From positions 356,056 to 420,055 of the forward strand of contig MNCI01001197.1 of the NCBI GenBank assembly GCA_015680685.1: a stretch of DNA of 64,000 bases, in the 5' to 3' direction. This document shows, one piece after another, positions 1 through 14,168 of the stretch. The position numbers and the translations under genes are program-made. This stretch comes from Gnetum montanum. Taxonomy: Eukaryota; Plantae; Gnetophyta. The notes under the pieces were generated by a model. The model saw only the letters and a program-made list of their open reading frames with translations. It had not been told where the DNA came from and made no database searches. Numbering within the stretch: the first letter of the stretch is position 1; the number at the start of each line of letters is the position of its first letter.

Positions 1-3000
1 TTGTGAAAATTATTAATGGATAGTCATATCTCATAGACTTTCACGTAATCCATGTTATCAATTGCAAAGGGAACTTCCCAATCACTATGGGAAGGGCTTG
101 ACTAAGTACAATTGATGCCAATTTAGGAATCAAAGACCTTTGCTTGAAAATCTCCAAAGAAAATGAGTTTGACAAGATAGATAAAAAGAGGAGCTCATGC
201 ATCACATATAGTGACACATGGTGCAATTGCATGTAGAAAATATAGGCAATCAAAAGCACATCTATTATAGCATGCAAGATGTGTGTTAAAACCACTAATA
301 TTCAAAGGTGCTTATACTTGATAGCCAAAATAAGAAGGCATCTGGTGGCTAATTACAAAAAATAGCTCTAGTTCCACAATATGCATGGACCCATTATAAG
401 TGCATATATACACAAGATGGATGAGATTGAGTAGATCTAAAGCCAATTCTTTGAAGTAAAACACATAAAAGAATTAGAGATGGATTGGGGACAGAAGTCC
501 TTCGAAGTAAAATTCTTACTAGCCTCCTTAGAATATGCAATCTTAGGCAAAGAGAAGTTGGTAATCATAAATACCCAACTTATCAAGGAATAAAAGGAAA
601 ACTTGCTAAAGTTAGTTAACAAATGACCAATAACCTTTTCTTGGTCATATGATGAGATAATAGAAATCGATCCATGCATATGCTAGCATTAAATTTATAC
701 AAACTCCAATATTAAACCTAAGAAATAGCCATAAAAATGTTGAATCCAAAGCTGAAACTTATTGTTAAGAAGGAAGTTAAGAAACTTCTCAAGGTTGGGT
801 TCATATATCTAGTGGCAGATAGTAAGTGGATAAACCCACTTACTATCATACCAATGAAAGGAGGCTAATGGAGAGTCTGTATAGATTTTAGGTTGTTAGA
901 CATGGCCATGTTTAAGGACCATTTTCACTGCAATTTATGAACTAAGTGTTGAATAGTATTGCAGGACATAGCTACTATAGTTTTCTGGAGGGGTATAGTG
1001 ATTATAATCAAATAAAAATTACACTATAAGACTAGGCCAAAATAACTTTCACAAGTTCTTGAGGAAATTTTTCATATTAAAAGGTGTCCTTTGGCCTATG
1101 CAATGCTCCTACAACCTTCCAATGCCTACTCCTTAGTTTCTTCAAGTAGTAAATTAGTAATGGTATGGGAAGTCTTCATAGATGACTTCTCCACCGATGG
1201 TGTTGATTTCAAATAACCATTAGACCATCTTGAGTAGGTACTAAAATGGTATGTGAAAATGAACCTATGACTCAACTAATAGAAGAGACATTTGATGATT
1301 CAGGAGGGTATTTTCCTATCACACTAAATTTTAAACAAAAGGAATTAAGATAAAACCTGAAAAGATAAGTATCATCTAAGATATTTCTAGTTAGCCTCAA
1401 AAAGTCAAAGATACGAGGTCATTTCTTGGACATACTAATTATTATAGACATTTCATTGAAAACATCTTAAAAAATTTTAAAGTAGTTGTGAAGCTTACTA
1501 AGAAATATGCAACATTTGAATGGAGTAAGGAATGTGGATAAGCATTCTTGTACTTGAAGTAGAAGTTTGTAGAAATACCAATTTTACATGTACTTAATTG
1601 GTGTAAATGTTTTCATGTCATGTTAGATGCATTTAACCATGTATTAGGAGTAGTACTTACATAAATGGATAGTCAAAAATGTTAATAATACATCCATTAT
1701 GTAAGTAGAAGAATTGTGGATGTACAACTTAATTACACCAATGTAGAAAAGGAACTTAAAGAAGTGGATGCTCTTGAGAAATTTAAGCACTATGTGCTTG
1801 GATACCTCATTTTTTTGCAAACTAATCATAGTGCCATCCGTTTTCTAATAAATTAACAAATAGTAAGCCCTCAAGTTATATGGTGGTTGGTCATTTTGTA
1901 GAACTTTTATTTAAAAATGGAAAATAAAAAGGAAACTAAGAATGTAGTTGTTGATCATCTATCTTGGTTAAGATGGGATAATAAGGTTGATGAATAGCCC
2001 TTGTATGCTCAACTCCCAAATGAGCTTCTCTTTGCTAAGGAAATAGTAGTTTAAGAACCAAGGGTTACAAATTGGTATGACGAATTTCTCTTTTATCTCC
2101 TCACACTAAAAACTCCTATAGAATGAGATCATAGGAGGAAGTAGTAGTTCCTCCACTAGGTCAAACAATACCTACTGATATAGATCAAGCTCTACAGAAC
2201 CTATGATAATGGCATGGTATGATGATGCATACCTAAAATAGATTAACTAAGAGTCCTCCAAGATACTCATGGTAGTTCTTGTGGGAGCTACTATACATGA
2301 AGAAAAATAACCATAAAAATATTGATGGTCGGATATTTTTTATGTACGATCTTTAGGGATGCCCACCATTTTATCCATTCATGTGAATGATGTCAATGAG
2401 ATGAAGGGATGATAACTAAGATGGAAAGACCTCAACAATGGATCTAACTACTAAATCCTTTTGACCTTTGGGAAATTGATTTCATAGGAACCATCATTTC
2501 CATGTTTAATAGAAAGTCTTACATTATTGTTGCTATTGACTACTGTACTAAATGAGCTGAATTTGTATCTATTCCCAACTGTACTTCCTCCATTACAGAT
2601 TGATTCTTTTAACAAGAAGTGGTAAATAGGTTTGGTATGCCTAGGACACTAATTTTTTAAAATGAAACCCATTTCATAGGTGCTACCTTTTGTAAGTTAA
2701 CATAATGCTTGGGGATGAAATATTAACTTACAATATCCTACCATCCTCAAGCTAATGATTAAGCTAAGGTAACCAATATGGAGATCATCAAAATCCTGAC
2801 AAGAGCCATTAACAAATATAGGAAAGATCGGAGTACCAAACTCAATGATGTGATATGGGCATATTGCTCAACATGGAAACTTTCTATAGGCTACTCTCCT
2901 AAGAGTTAGTGTACAAAAAGTTACCTAAACTCCCTATTTTAACAAAACTCCTTATACTCACAATTGTGTATGACCTTGATCTAGACATTAATCTAGCCTA

Positions 3001-3350
3001 AAAAGAATGACTAATGACACTTATTTGCTAAATATAAATATAAGGGTAGCACTTATGATGAATGAAGTGCACAAAACATACAAAAAACAATAACGTGATG
3101 CCCAAATATGAAAAGTTGAATTAAAACTAGAAGATAAGGTTCTCTATTAGAATCCCATGTATATGACTCAACAAACTAAGTTTCAGACATTATGGAAAGG
3201 ATCATACATTATGCACTTAGATTTTCCTTTTGGGGCTATGATAATTTACCATTCAATAAGCCCTCAAAAGAACATACTAGTCAAAATCCAATAATTGAAA
3301 TCCTTTATAAACTTTCAAGTAACCAACCATAATCAGAACACCTTGACCTA
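1..3350 (+). pseudogene. pol: Gypsy pol pseudogene (protease tail, RT, RNase H, integrase)
   Basis: Hand translation gives LNPKLKLIVKKEVKKLLKVGFIY..SKWINP..WRVCIDFR (RT, ~740-900), HVMLDAFN..LG (RH, ~1615), PFDLWEIDFIG and TSYHPQAN (INT, ~2455-2760). Many stops and frameshifts. Confidence 0.9.
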
Positions 3351-4274
3351 AGAACAAGCTCACTTTATTTTTTGAATATTCTCCCTACAACTTTGTTATG
3401 GGGAAAAGGTCCATCTACCTTAATCCCTTGAAGAGGATAGTTTTTCTTCTTCCTTTTTTACATTGTTCTTTATATGTGTTTCATTTTTTTTATACTTTGA
3501 TGTTTACTTTATATATTTTACTTTTTACTTTTACTTTGATTTGACTCTATTTACAATAGCTGATTTTATTTTATTGCTATTGTAAACTTTGATGATTGCT
3601 AAATGCAGCTATCAAGATTATAGCTTCTTATAGAGGTCAACTTTATCTTTAGATTATGCTCTCTACTAATGAATTATCACTTTTCCATAGGTATTAGGTA
3701 CGAAGCTCATGATATCCATCATTCCATCTATCTCATAAGGAGATCTATATCATGGTAACATGATAGTTCTTTCACATAAAAACTAAAAAAAATAATATAT
3801 GATCTAAATAACCCAACAAAATGAAAAAGGATTGAGTGAGAATGAACAAGGATGTGACCTCAAGAAGATTTGTTAGGTTTTCTTTTTGAGTTCTTTCTTA
3901 AGTCCTATGACTCCTCATGGAATGTATCTTCACTTCTCTTGTAAATCGTAAAAAAAATTATGTCTTTGTAACGTGTAGTGTCCTTCCAAAAACAAAAAAG
4001 AATAAAAGCACATCTCTCTAAAGATCTCTTGGGATACAAGAACTAGTTATGGGGCTATAAATACATGTTACTAATGCATGAAAGCACCCCTAGTAGAACA
4101 TAAGCCTTCTTTCTTCCTCAATAATCTCTAAATTAATTCCTTCTTCTCTTTCCAAAGTGATGCTTGTTCTCTATGATTTTTATGGATTCATGATGGAAAG
4201 AAAGAAGGAACGCATTAATGCAAGGCCATTACTAATGGTGTTTACTTGTTCTAGACTTAGAACAAACTAGTATC

Positions 4275-5369
4275 TATTAACCTTTTGTTATGTCAAAACC
4301 TTAAGGAAAATGGAGAACATAGATTGTTTGTTGTGGATGATGTGTTTGCAAGACATGAATAAGAACTCAACATGAGAATTTAGGACTTGAGAGAAACAAG
4401 ATCCATAATGAGAAGACAAAGTAAAGACTATGTGGGCAAGATGAGAACATGGATGAGCATGGATGAAAATGAAGGCTAAGAGACAAATGAAGATGTTTTG
4501 AGGATTGGAAAGAAGAAAAATTGATAAGAGAAAGCCTTTAAAGACAAGAAAGTTGAGGAGACATCTACAGTTTTTAGGATACATCTCCATCACAAATTAG
4601 ACATCTTTCTAGAGAAGTCTCATAAGAAACATCCCATTTTTAAAGGAGATGTCTCTCTAGAATTTGGGCCAATCTCATGTAGATGTCTCTACCATGAAGA
4701 AGACGTCTACACTAGCCGTTCAGTAGTTGTTGCATGAATTCCGACAAGTTTTTGAAAACAACAAGGCTATTAGAAGATAACAAATTCTTGGGAATTGTGT
4801 AAGCACTATTTACATCAAATCAATCATTGTCTTATCTATGTTATTGAACTCTTATTCTTCATTGTAATATCATTTTTTTGTTGTATGTTCTATTGAGATT
4901 TAACTATAAGGACTTGTAAATTTAGTTACATTATTTCCTTGTGTCTTTTTCTTTTTCTTGTAGCCCTATGAGATTAATGTGCTTCTTGAAACAAGGCATC
5001 CTCATTAAGCTTGTTAGAATCCTACGGGATTGAGTGGTTTTGAAATGTTAAAATAGTCTAATGTAGAGCTTAATTTTGTAAATGTTTTAGGATCCTTGAA
5101 ATAACATTCTAAGCTTGTTGGGACCTTACAGAGTTGATTAGTTTTGCAACAATGAAATACTTTGATGTAGAGCTCAAAGGTTGTATAGGGTGTGGTATCC
5201 TTCAAATCACATTTTTGAGAAACAAAGTTTGGAGATGTACAAGGGTTCTACCATATAAGTGTGGAGATACCCACGCTAGGAAACCACATAAAAGTTGGTA
5301 TGTTCGTGTGAGTAGTATAATTTTAATTTAGGAACTTATTCAACCCCCTTTCTAAGTTCTTGATCCTCA
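4275..5369 (+). repeat. 5' LTR of the Copia element
   Basis: Aligns end to end with 8662-9755. Starts TATTAACC (decayed TGTTGA) and ends ...gatcctCA directly before the PBS. Confidence 0.9.
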
Positions 5370-5371
5370 AG

Positions 5372-5383
5372 TGGTATCATAGC
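5372..5383 (+). promoter_or_regulatory. PBS for tRNA-iMet (TGGTATCATAGC)
   Basis: One mismatch to the canonical TGGTATCAGAGC, 2 nt after the LTR end. Confidence 0.85.
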
Positions 5384-5425
5384 TCGGTAGTCTTATGTTT
5401 GACATCAACTTTCAAGAGTGAACTA

Positions 5426-7160
5426 TGGAGGGGGCATCCTACACAAAGCCACCAATGTTTGATGGGTTTGATTTTGCTTATTGGAAGGTGAGGATGCAAG
5501 GCTTCTTCGAGTTAATGGAATTTAAGTTATGGGAGTCGATCCTTGAAGGCTACACACCACCTATCGACAACACAACAAAGGCCCTCAAGTTGTGAAGCAA
5601 GTGGAAAAAGGAAGAAAGAGAAAAGTTTATGTATGATTCTAAATTAAAAATCTTTTTATATTATGCATTAGTAGCTAGATGTAAAACTACTAAAGAAATT
5701 TGGAAAACATTAGAAGCTACCTATGAGGACACATTCGTAGTTAAATAATCAAAACTTTTGGTTTTGCAAAGTGAGTATAAAAAACTTAGAATGAAAGAAG
5801 ATGAAAAGATGAAAGATTATTTTTCTAGGGAAAACGATCTAGTTGTAGCAATTAGGGGTACAAGCAAGTACTTACCTAAAAGAAATGTAATCATTAAAAT
5901 GATTAGAACACTACAACTTGAATTTAGACATAAGATTACAGCTAGGGAAGAGATTAGAGATTAGAGATTTTTAAAATTCAAAGAGTTCCAAAGTGATCTT
6001 ATAGCTTATGAAATTAACCTCATAAGAAAAGGAGCAATAAAAGAAAAGCCCATTACCTTGAACTCAACATCCAAAGAAAAGGATCTAGGTAAACAAGAAA
6101 TGAACAATGAAGAACTTGCACTTCTATCAAGAAGGCTTCAAAGGCTCATTATAAAAAAGTGTAAGAGCTCTAATCAACAAGGATCCAATCAATTTAATGC
6201 CAAAGGTAAGGATAGAGATAAGAATTTTTCAAATGCTATTTTTGATTCTTTTTTAATAAAATGTTGGGTATGTAGTGGAAGAGGCCATGTCACCTCCAAA
6301 TTTCCTAGCAATGGCAAGTTTCAACAAAGGGACAGGAATGACGTAGACATGAAAAAGACCTACTTCTACACAAGTTGGGATGATGGAGAGCAAAGTGAAG
6401 AAGAGATTGATGACACCATGAAAGATTCTCAGCTTATATGTATTGCACTTACAAATGAAAATTCATCACAAATTTATGATAAACCAAGAGGTAAGCATGA
6501 TGATGGGTATAGTGAACTATGTGGAGAAATTCTTATCCTACATTATTTACTCAAAAAGGTAAAGAAAATATGAATAGAAAAGTTTCTAAAATTTTCCAAA
6601 TTAAAAAGGAAAATCTTAGACATAAAGGCTGAGATTCAACTACTAACCTTGTTAGATGAAGAGAAATGTAGGGATACTCAAGAAGAAGGGATCAATGAAA
6701 ATAATAAAATTTAGCCTAGAAGTGAAAGCTTGGAAGAAACCCCACAAAAGGATATAGGTACCAGCTCAAGTGCGATCAGGTTTGATAACTCTATTCTTGA
6801 AGAAAACACTTTATTTGTTTGTAAAAAAAATTATGGATTTAAAAAAGATTATGAATATCCTCATATTGGAAAAAAATAACATTGATGTTTGGTCTTTTCA
6901 AAAGGATCCTAGTAAGTATATCTTGCAAGGAAGCAGTAACTTGTAATGAGAATGAGCTAAAAGTTAGAAAAATGGATGATACAATAAATGACAATAGATA
7001 TATCTTGAAGAACATGAACAAGAAGGATCTCCATACTAGAATGAAGACATCGTTAAATGAACTAATGAAAGAAAATCAAAAGGTAAGGAGGTACTCCATG
7101 ATAGAGGACCTCATCTCAAACTTCATTAGTTTTTGTCACTTCAATAAGCAAGTAAGGTAA
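5426..7160 (+). pseudogene. gag: Copia gag pseudogene (UBN2/Retrotran_gag_2 type with a decayed zinc knuckle)
   Basis: MEGASYTKPPMFDGFDFAYWKVRMQGF at 5426; KKLRMKEDEKMKDYF (ORF 5758); ELALLSRR and KCWVCSGRGH (ORF 6058). The 3' end is approximate. Confidence 0.85.
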
Positions 7161-8647
7161 GTCATGGTGAATTTCTATTTCCTTACTTGCTAGTTAAAAT
7201 TTGGGTTAGCTTTTGAATATCTTAGGAATTCTTTTTATCAAAGGAAACATATTTTTTAATTCACCAAAAATGAGATCGAAGTACTATGACTATTTCTCAT
7301 GTTATCTCTTAAACTACTTAGTTGCTTACATTTCCTTCAAAATTTTTTTAATATCTAATTTTGAGAATTAAGAATGGTATTACATCTAAAAATGCTATTA
7401 TCGTAAGAACTTAGATCAAGTTTTGTAGGAAAATTATGAAGAAAAGCATAGTTGGATGATCAAAACAGATAAATTTGTTATGATTTGTTCCTATTAATTT
7501 TTGTCTAATATTTTTGCCTTTCTATAAACCTTGTTGGTTACTCAATATTGTTGAATAAGAAACTTCATGAAAAATTGGCTTTAGATTTTGGAAACGTTAC
7601 AAAAAGTATAAGCACATATGTAGGGGGAGCTTGAACCTCACAAATTATTATGAAGCATCAATACTTAGGGAATCTATGAATATCTTCTCCAAGACATAAT
7701 TCTTAGGAAGGAAACAAAAGGTATATTCATTTGATACAAATTGAAGGTAACAGAGTAAAAGGTTTCTGATTCAATTCTTAAAATTCCTATTACCTAAGAG
7801 TGTTTATCAATTGTGCAAGTATTTGGAATTCATTTGAAAATATCTCTATAATATTACTACATCATTGAAATATTATGAATATATATTTGAGTAATTAAGT
7901 CCCCTGTTATTAAACAATTCTTACTAAAGCAAGATGGAGTACTCACACCTCTATTCTAAAATTATGAAATGGATAATGTACCTCAAGCTTCCTTAGGATA
8001 CATGTGATCGATATGGACATCTGAGAAATTGTTTTATCTCTTGATCTAAAAACTAATATATCTTTTATAAGTTGAGTATGTATGCACTTGTTCATATGAA
8101 AGTTCTATGGTTATGAAAATGTATTGAGAAACTTTTTTTACGTCTTACTTGGATTGTGCATTCTTTTGACTTATCTTATTATTGTAAGGCTCTACTCCTT
8201 TTTGATGATGTCCAAAAAGGGAAAAGAAATTTACAATGAACTTAGATACCAAATAGATATCATATGTGATTTTGATGAATGTGGTGACTTGTAATATGAT
8301 TATCTTCCTATGTAAATAACATTGGTTTGGATTGAGAAACTTTGGAATCTTATGGATATATTTGAACAAGTGTCGTTGCTATTAAGCAATAATAACTTTA
8401 TGGACATAATTTGTGATGGTATTAATGATTATTTTCCTAATTTTACAGTTCTAACATTATGATGGTACTAATGCTTTTGCTTCTAGCTTCTTGATCATAA
8501 ATGTCCTAATTCAAACATTGACAAGTGTTCTAATGGCTAATGAGTTGTGTGTTGTATTAAGAATACACTTTTGTAATCTTTATTCATCTTTAGTTCAAAT
8601 TTATTTTGAGGTCTACTAATCCATTTTCTTAAGTTTTGGAAATCATC

Positions 8648-8660
8648 AAAAAGGGGAAGA
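8648..8660 (+). promoter_or_regulatory. Polypurine tract, Sirevirus-style AAAAAGGGGAAGA; a second PPT-like tract lies at ~8214-8228
   Basis: Lies 1 nt before the TGTTG start of the 3' LTR. Confidence 0.85.
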
Positions 8661-8661
8661 T

Positions 8662-9755
8662 TGTTGATGTTTTGGTATGTCAAAACCTTAAGAAAATGGA
8701 GAACATAGATTGTTTGTTGCAAATGATGTGTTTACAAGACATGAACAAGAACTCCATATGAGAACTGAGGACTTAAGAGAAACAAGATCCATAATGAGAA
8801 GACAAAGTGAAGACTACACGGACAAGATGAGAACATGGACAATCATGGATGAAAATGAAGGCTATGAGACAAATGAAGATGCTTTGAGGATTGGCAAGAA
8901 GGCAAATTGATGGGAGAAAGCCTCTAAATACAAGAAATAAAAGTTGAGTGTGCATATAATATTTTTAGAAGATGAATCCATCACAAAGTAGATGCCTCCC
9001 TAGAGACATCTCACAAGAGGTGTCCCATTTTCACAGGAGACGTCACTCCAGAATTGAGGCTAATCTCTGGTAGATGTCTCTACCACAAACAAGATGTCTA
9101 CACTAGTCATTGGATAGCTGTTACATGAATTACAAGGAGTTTTTGGAAATTCCAAGGCTATAAAAAGATATGAAATTCTTGAAAATTGTGCAAGCACTGT
9201 TCACATCAAATCAATCATTTTCTTATCTATGCTATTGTATTCTTATTTTTCATTATTATTTCATTTGCTTGATTGTATATTGTATTGAGCTTCAACTAAA
9301 AGGACTTGAAAATTTAGTTACATTCTTATATATTTTTATTTTTCTTCTAGCCCTACAGGGTGATGTGCTTCTTGCAAGAAGGCATCCTCGTTGAGCTTGT
9401 TGGGATCATGTGGGATTGAGTGGTTTTAAAAGGTTAAAACACTTTGGCGTGGAGCTCAATTTTGTAAAGGTTGTAGGATCCTTAAAACCACATTCAAAGC
9501 TTGTTGGGGCCTTTTAAGGTTGAGTAGTTTTGTAGTGATGAAATAGTTTGGTGCAAAGCTTAGACCTTGTATAGGGTGTGGTATCCTTCAAACCATATTT
9601 TTAAGAAACAAAGTTTGGAGGTGTGTAAGGATTCTACCCTCTAAGTGTGAACATATCCAAGTTGGGGAACCATGTAAAATTTGGTGTGTTTGTGTGAGTG
9701 GTGGAATTTTAATTTGAGAACTTATTCAACCCCCCTTCTAAGTTCTTGATCCTTA
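8662..9755 (+). repeat. 3' LTR of the Copia element
   Basis: TGTTGATG...gatcctTA followed by the TSD GTATC. Confidence 0.9.
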
Positions 9756-10876
9756 GTATCAAGATCATCCTAATCATGCCTTCCATAAAAAATATCTCTT
9801 GTAGCTATGATCTAGATTCTCCTCTCTTGATCTCTCTCTCAATCATTGTAACACTTCATTTGCTCATCTCACTACCTAGTATCATGTTTATTTGCTCATT
9901 TTATTTTGTAGATTACATGATCCTTTGCCAATCCTTTATAAGAATATGTTTTTTAATCTAAATTATCATTCATCATTCAAGGTTCCTATAAACTCCTTGT
10001 GATGGGGTTATGCAAGGGCATTTTGACCATCAACCTACTTTGGGGAGCATTTACTTACGTAGATCTTAACTTCCCTCAGTTTAAGCCCCATAATCATAGG
10101 TCTTAGTTTGGTTCACATAACCTTGATAGCCTACATCGTTAAGTTTTGTGTTGAATTGTCTTAAAGAACATCTCATTTTTGTTGTGTCATATGCTCCTTT
10201 TGCTCTAATGTATGTACTAGAATCTCATCCAATGTTGTTGCCTTATTTTCCTAGCTTTTTAGATTTCATTTGGCATTCATACCATCCCTAAACACTTCAA
10301 AAATTCATTATAATTTACAATGAAAAACTAGTTACAAATGGTTGAGTTGACACATCCCTGTTGATGCAATCAGATACATTGATGTAGCCGCATTAACATA
10401 ATGCAAAAATTCTATAAATACATTGAAAAATTAGATCATTTTTCACATTTTGCATTCATAGCTAAGGGAGGTTTTGCAATTTTTCAGAGCCCAAAATCTT
10501 TCAAGAGCCATAAATTCCTTATTGCTTACTTGTTTTTACCTATTTTTTGATCCTTGAGCTTCTGGAGGTATACTTTACTTTGTGGGAGCATCAAATGCTA
10601 GGCTTTGACCAAGATTTTTCTAACACCCGACATATTAGGTATTATAATAATAGTAAAATAATGATCACATTAACTAATAGCAATAATCAACCTTCATTGA
10701 AGTAGAAATAAAATACTAATAAAATATTCTCATATTCTTGCCATCACTAAATAAGGGCTTAATGATAAAATTTCAATTTAACTACCAAACTTAATCCAAT
10801 TGAACAATTAAAAGGTATCTAGACTTAGGGGGATTATATCTAATTAGCTAATTCAAGGTTACTTTTATGATTATAG

Positions 10877-13391
10877 ATGACACCAAAACAAGGATCACCG
10901 ACAGGAGGGCCATTGCAACCCTAGGAGAAATGACCTCCTAAATGAAGGAAACAATCAAAACAATAATAGTAACCCCAAGAGTAGGCTACCAAGGTAACTC
11001 ATGCTACCAAGCTCTTGCGTGAGGAGCTTGAGGTGGAAATAGTTCATAATATTCCCACAACTAAAAGGAATAATCTAAGCAAGATGACATTTGAAGACTA
11101 TGACTAAACTTGGAGGTCATACTTACTAAGATCTACCTAGAGAAGGTTCGAAGTAAAAGAGTTCAAAGCTCAATCCATCAAGGGTTAAACTTCAAATCTT
11201 TCCTAGAGTTAGCACTAGAAGAGATTAGGACCTAGCTACAAACATCTCTAGTATGGCTTATTCTGTCCACTAGTGGGAAATGATACATTGGAGAGAATTA
11301 TCTCCAATGGAACAACTATCAAGGAGATTCCATTGTAAAGATCAAAGACATCACCATCTCCTACTTAGTTGAAGTTATCATAGAAGCCCTCAAATTCCCT
11401 AACACTAGGGCAAAGTTGGCAAAAATCTCAACTCATGCAGACCTTGACATAAAGAAGAAATGGTTTTAACAGTGCTATGGAGTGAGTTGCAAAGAGTATA
11501 AGGTGCTTACCAAAGTAGAGAGATTGTATTTCAAAATCAAGGCCTATCACCTTAATCCCACAATAAGGTCCAACAATGTAACTACCTTCTCTACAAGGGT
11601 ATGAACAACTTTAAGCGAGAGGCTCCAAGTCAACCTTCTTGAACTCATCTTCTTAAAGATTAAGAAGTGCTTGAAGGAAAATGAGAAGGATAGGACGATA
11701 GTCTTGTTTCCCTATCTAATTCAAAACTTTGAAAAAAGATAAGGCATATCTTGCTATTTCAATGACATCATTTGTAAGGCTCCTATCAAATTATGGAAAA
11801 AGATGATGAAAGATAAAGCATTTACCAAGCTTCTAAAAGAAGAGTTGGCACCTCCACCTCCACCTAAAGTACTAGAGATAACTCCTGAAATGACCAAAGT
11901 TGCTAAATATCTAAGGAAGCTTAGGAAACTTTACTTGGAATAATAAGACTTTGAAGATGGTGGTGAATCCTCTATCTACCATTTAGCCATAAGCCATCTT
12001 AATAAGATCACTAGGACCATCATTTGACCAATGGACAAACTAATCCTAATCTTCTCCACATGAGGAAACTAGGCACCTATGGGCACCAATCCTAGTATAT
12101 GAGAAGTTATAGTGTCCATTATAGGATAGGAATTCCTTAAAATATATAGAAATGTAGTCACCTTATCTATTATGTTAGAAGAAGGGGAAGGAGCAATAGT
12201 CCTAGTTATGCCACAGAAGGGCCAAGAGACTGTAGCAGAGGTGGTAGAAAATAAGATTAGAGAAGCATTAAGTGCTCCCATGACATCTATCCCTAATATT
12301 TCTATAATCATCGACATCCAAAGTGTCTACAAGTGTAGGGAGTAGGGGAATGAATGTGGCATAGTGTGAAGAAGTGCTAGAGAAAATGGTTGAAATTGGG
12401 CAACTGATTCTAGAGATCTTTGATCTCCTAGAAGATATTTCAGCCACCTAGTTGTAACTACTAGAGAAAAGGGATAAGCTACTTATTATCAATGCACAAC
12501 TTGAGGAAGCCACTGTTAGCAATCGATAGTTCATAGCTAAGATTGTGGAACTTAGAGTCTACTTGTTTGATTCATCCATTTTCAATCCTGAACTTATAAG
12601 GGATGAAATGTTTTAATAGCTTTAACAAAGATTACAAGAGGCTAAGAATGTAAAATAGATGGTGATCTTTGATGCATTACTATCAAAAGAAATGATGAAT
12701 TATTTTAGTCATGAACTTCAACAAATTTACAAAGAAAATCCTATGCTAATCTAGAAAAACCACTAAATGTGCAATGCTAAATAATAAAAGGATCAAATTG
12801 TGAAGTACATTCATTAGTAGTAGAAACAACTTGCCAAGATAAACTAGAATATAAGAAGGTTGGCTATGAAGAACAAGAATTTGTTAATGGAGAAGGTTCA
12901 TACACTTCACCAAAAGACTACCACTAAGATTTCTAGTTGGAAGAACAAGGCTCTAAAATATGAAAAGGTGAAAAATTACTAAAGAAACTAGATTGGGATG
13001 CTCAAGGAGATGAATGGGAAAGAAATTAAACTGGCTAAGGCAAAGGTGAAAAAATCTCTCCAACAACTCCAGTAAAGAGATGTTGTATAACAATCAATCT
13101 TTAATAACCTCAATACTTAGAACCAAGATGAGATCCACCTAAAGAATTCACAATTTGAGGAGATGAAAGGATACATCGAGTTAGCCAACCTTTGATATGG
13201 AATCTTGGTAATGCTAATAGTGAGTAGGCCAAGATTATAATTAAATAAGGAAGTGGCTAGCTCCTACCTCTTTTATAAGATAACATTCAAGCTTCACAAA
13301 GAAACCAAGTAGAAGCTTAAGATGGCTAATGCAGAGCTTGAATTTTTTGAGAGTAGATTTAAAAATCAAACATTAGTTACTAAGAAGCTAG
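10877..13391 (+). pseudogene. Decayed Athila 3' extra ('env-like') ORF with a coiled-coil C-terminal half
   Basis: Starts atgacaccaaaacaagga and is homologous along its length to 54565-57010 (atggcacccaagagagga, MAPKRG). It lies downstream of INT on the sense strand. Many stops. Confidence 0.65.
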
Positions 13392-14168
13392 TGTAGGGAC
13401 ACCTCTTCAAATTTTCTTGTTCATCCCTATGTGTTTTGTAGGTTTCAGGCTCTATGGAGATGTCTTGGAGGCTAAGGAGACATATAGTCTAGGAGTTGGG
13501 ACTATGCAAGAGATGTCTTGGAAGAATTTGAGACTTCTTAAAGGAGACATCTTACTTTGAAAGGAGATGTCTTAGAGGAGATGTCTCTAAAAACAAAGGA
13601 GATATCTCAGGGAAGACATCTTAAACTAGAGGAAATGTCTCAACCATGGAAAGAAAATTCTCCCAATAATAGAAAATGTCTTGTCTAAAATCTAAAATTT
13701 AATAAAATACAATCCAAGGAGACCAAAGACAACTCATACAACTAGAAAACTTCCAAAATTGGCCATTCCAATTTGAAAAATATTGGAAGATAGTAAAAAA
13801 AAAGATGGAAAATAATGGAGAATCTTTAAGTGGATCTTGAGGAAGATTTCCTAGATTTTTATGTTCTTTTTCTTAATAACTATGCTAGTGTTTCATGCTT
13901 GTATATAGAAAGTGAGAAGAAAAATGTTGGTCATAGCTATTGAGTTGAAAAGAGCTTGGTTAGAGTGTGATAGAGCACATTGAGTATGTGTAGGTATGGT
14001 TGCAACTCTAGGGTTAATATGTGTTGATTTACCTATATGTTCTTATCTTTTGTTTACTTCTCTAAATTAAATCTTAGTCTTGAGTTGTGGGAGAGATTTT
14101 TCATTAGTTGTATCTTGCATTAAGAGTAACCATTGTGTGGTTGTAGAGCCTCATGCTCTACTACATCA
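13392..14168 (+). repeat. Probable 5' LTR of the CRM-like element
   Basis: Begins TGTAGGGAC exactly where host homology breaks. Contains a GAGACATCT array and a TATA-like gtatatagaa at ~13901, and ends ctacatCA. No PBS was recognised and there is no partner LTR. Confidence 0.55.

Larger units (their letters stand above)
4275..9755 (+). mobile_element. Copia (Sirevirus-like) LTR element, gag only, with 5-bp TSD GTATC
   Basis: Paired ~1095-bp LTRs, a PBS and a PPT. GTATC occurs at 4270-4274 and 9756-9760. The empty site is visible in paralogous copy 2 (gaagaagtatcaaatcatc, ~53461-53480). Confidence 0.92.
1..13391 (+). mobile_element. Decayed Athila-like Ty3/gypsy retrotransposon, copy 1. The 5' part lies outside the window; it is interrupted at 4275-9755 and cut at 13392 by another insertion.
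   Basis: Colinear with copy 2 (46380-57000) through pol, the 3' spacer and the extra ORF. Homology to copy 2 stops at ...ttactaagaagctag (13391). Confidence 0.85.
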
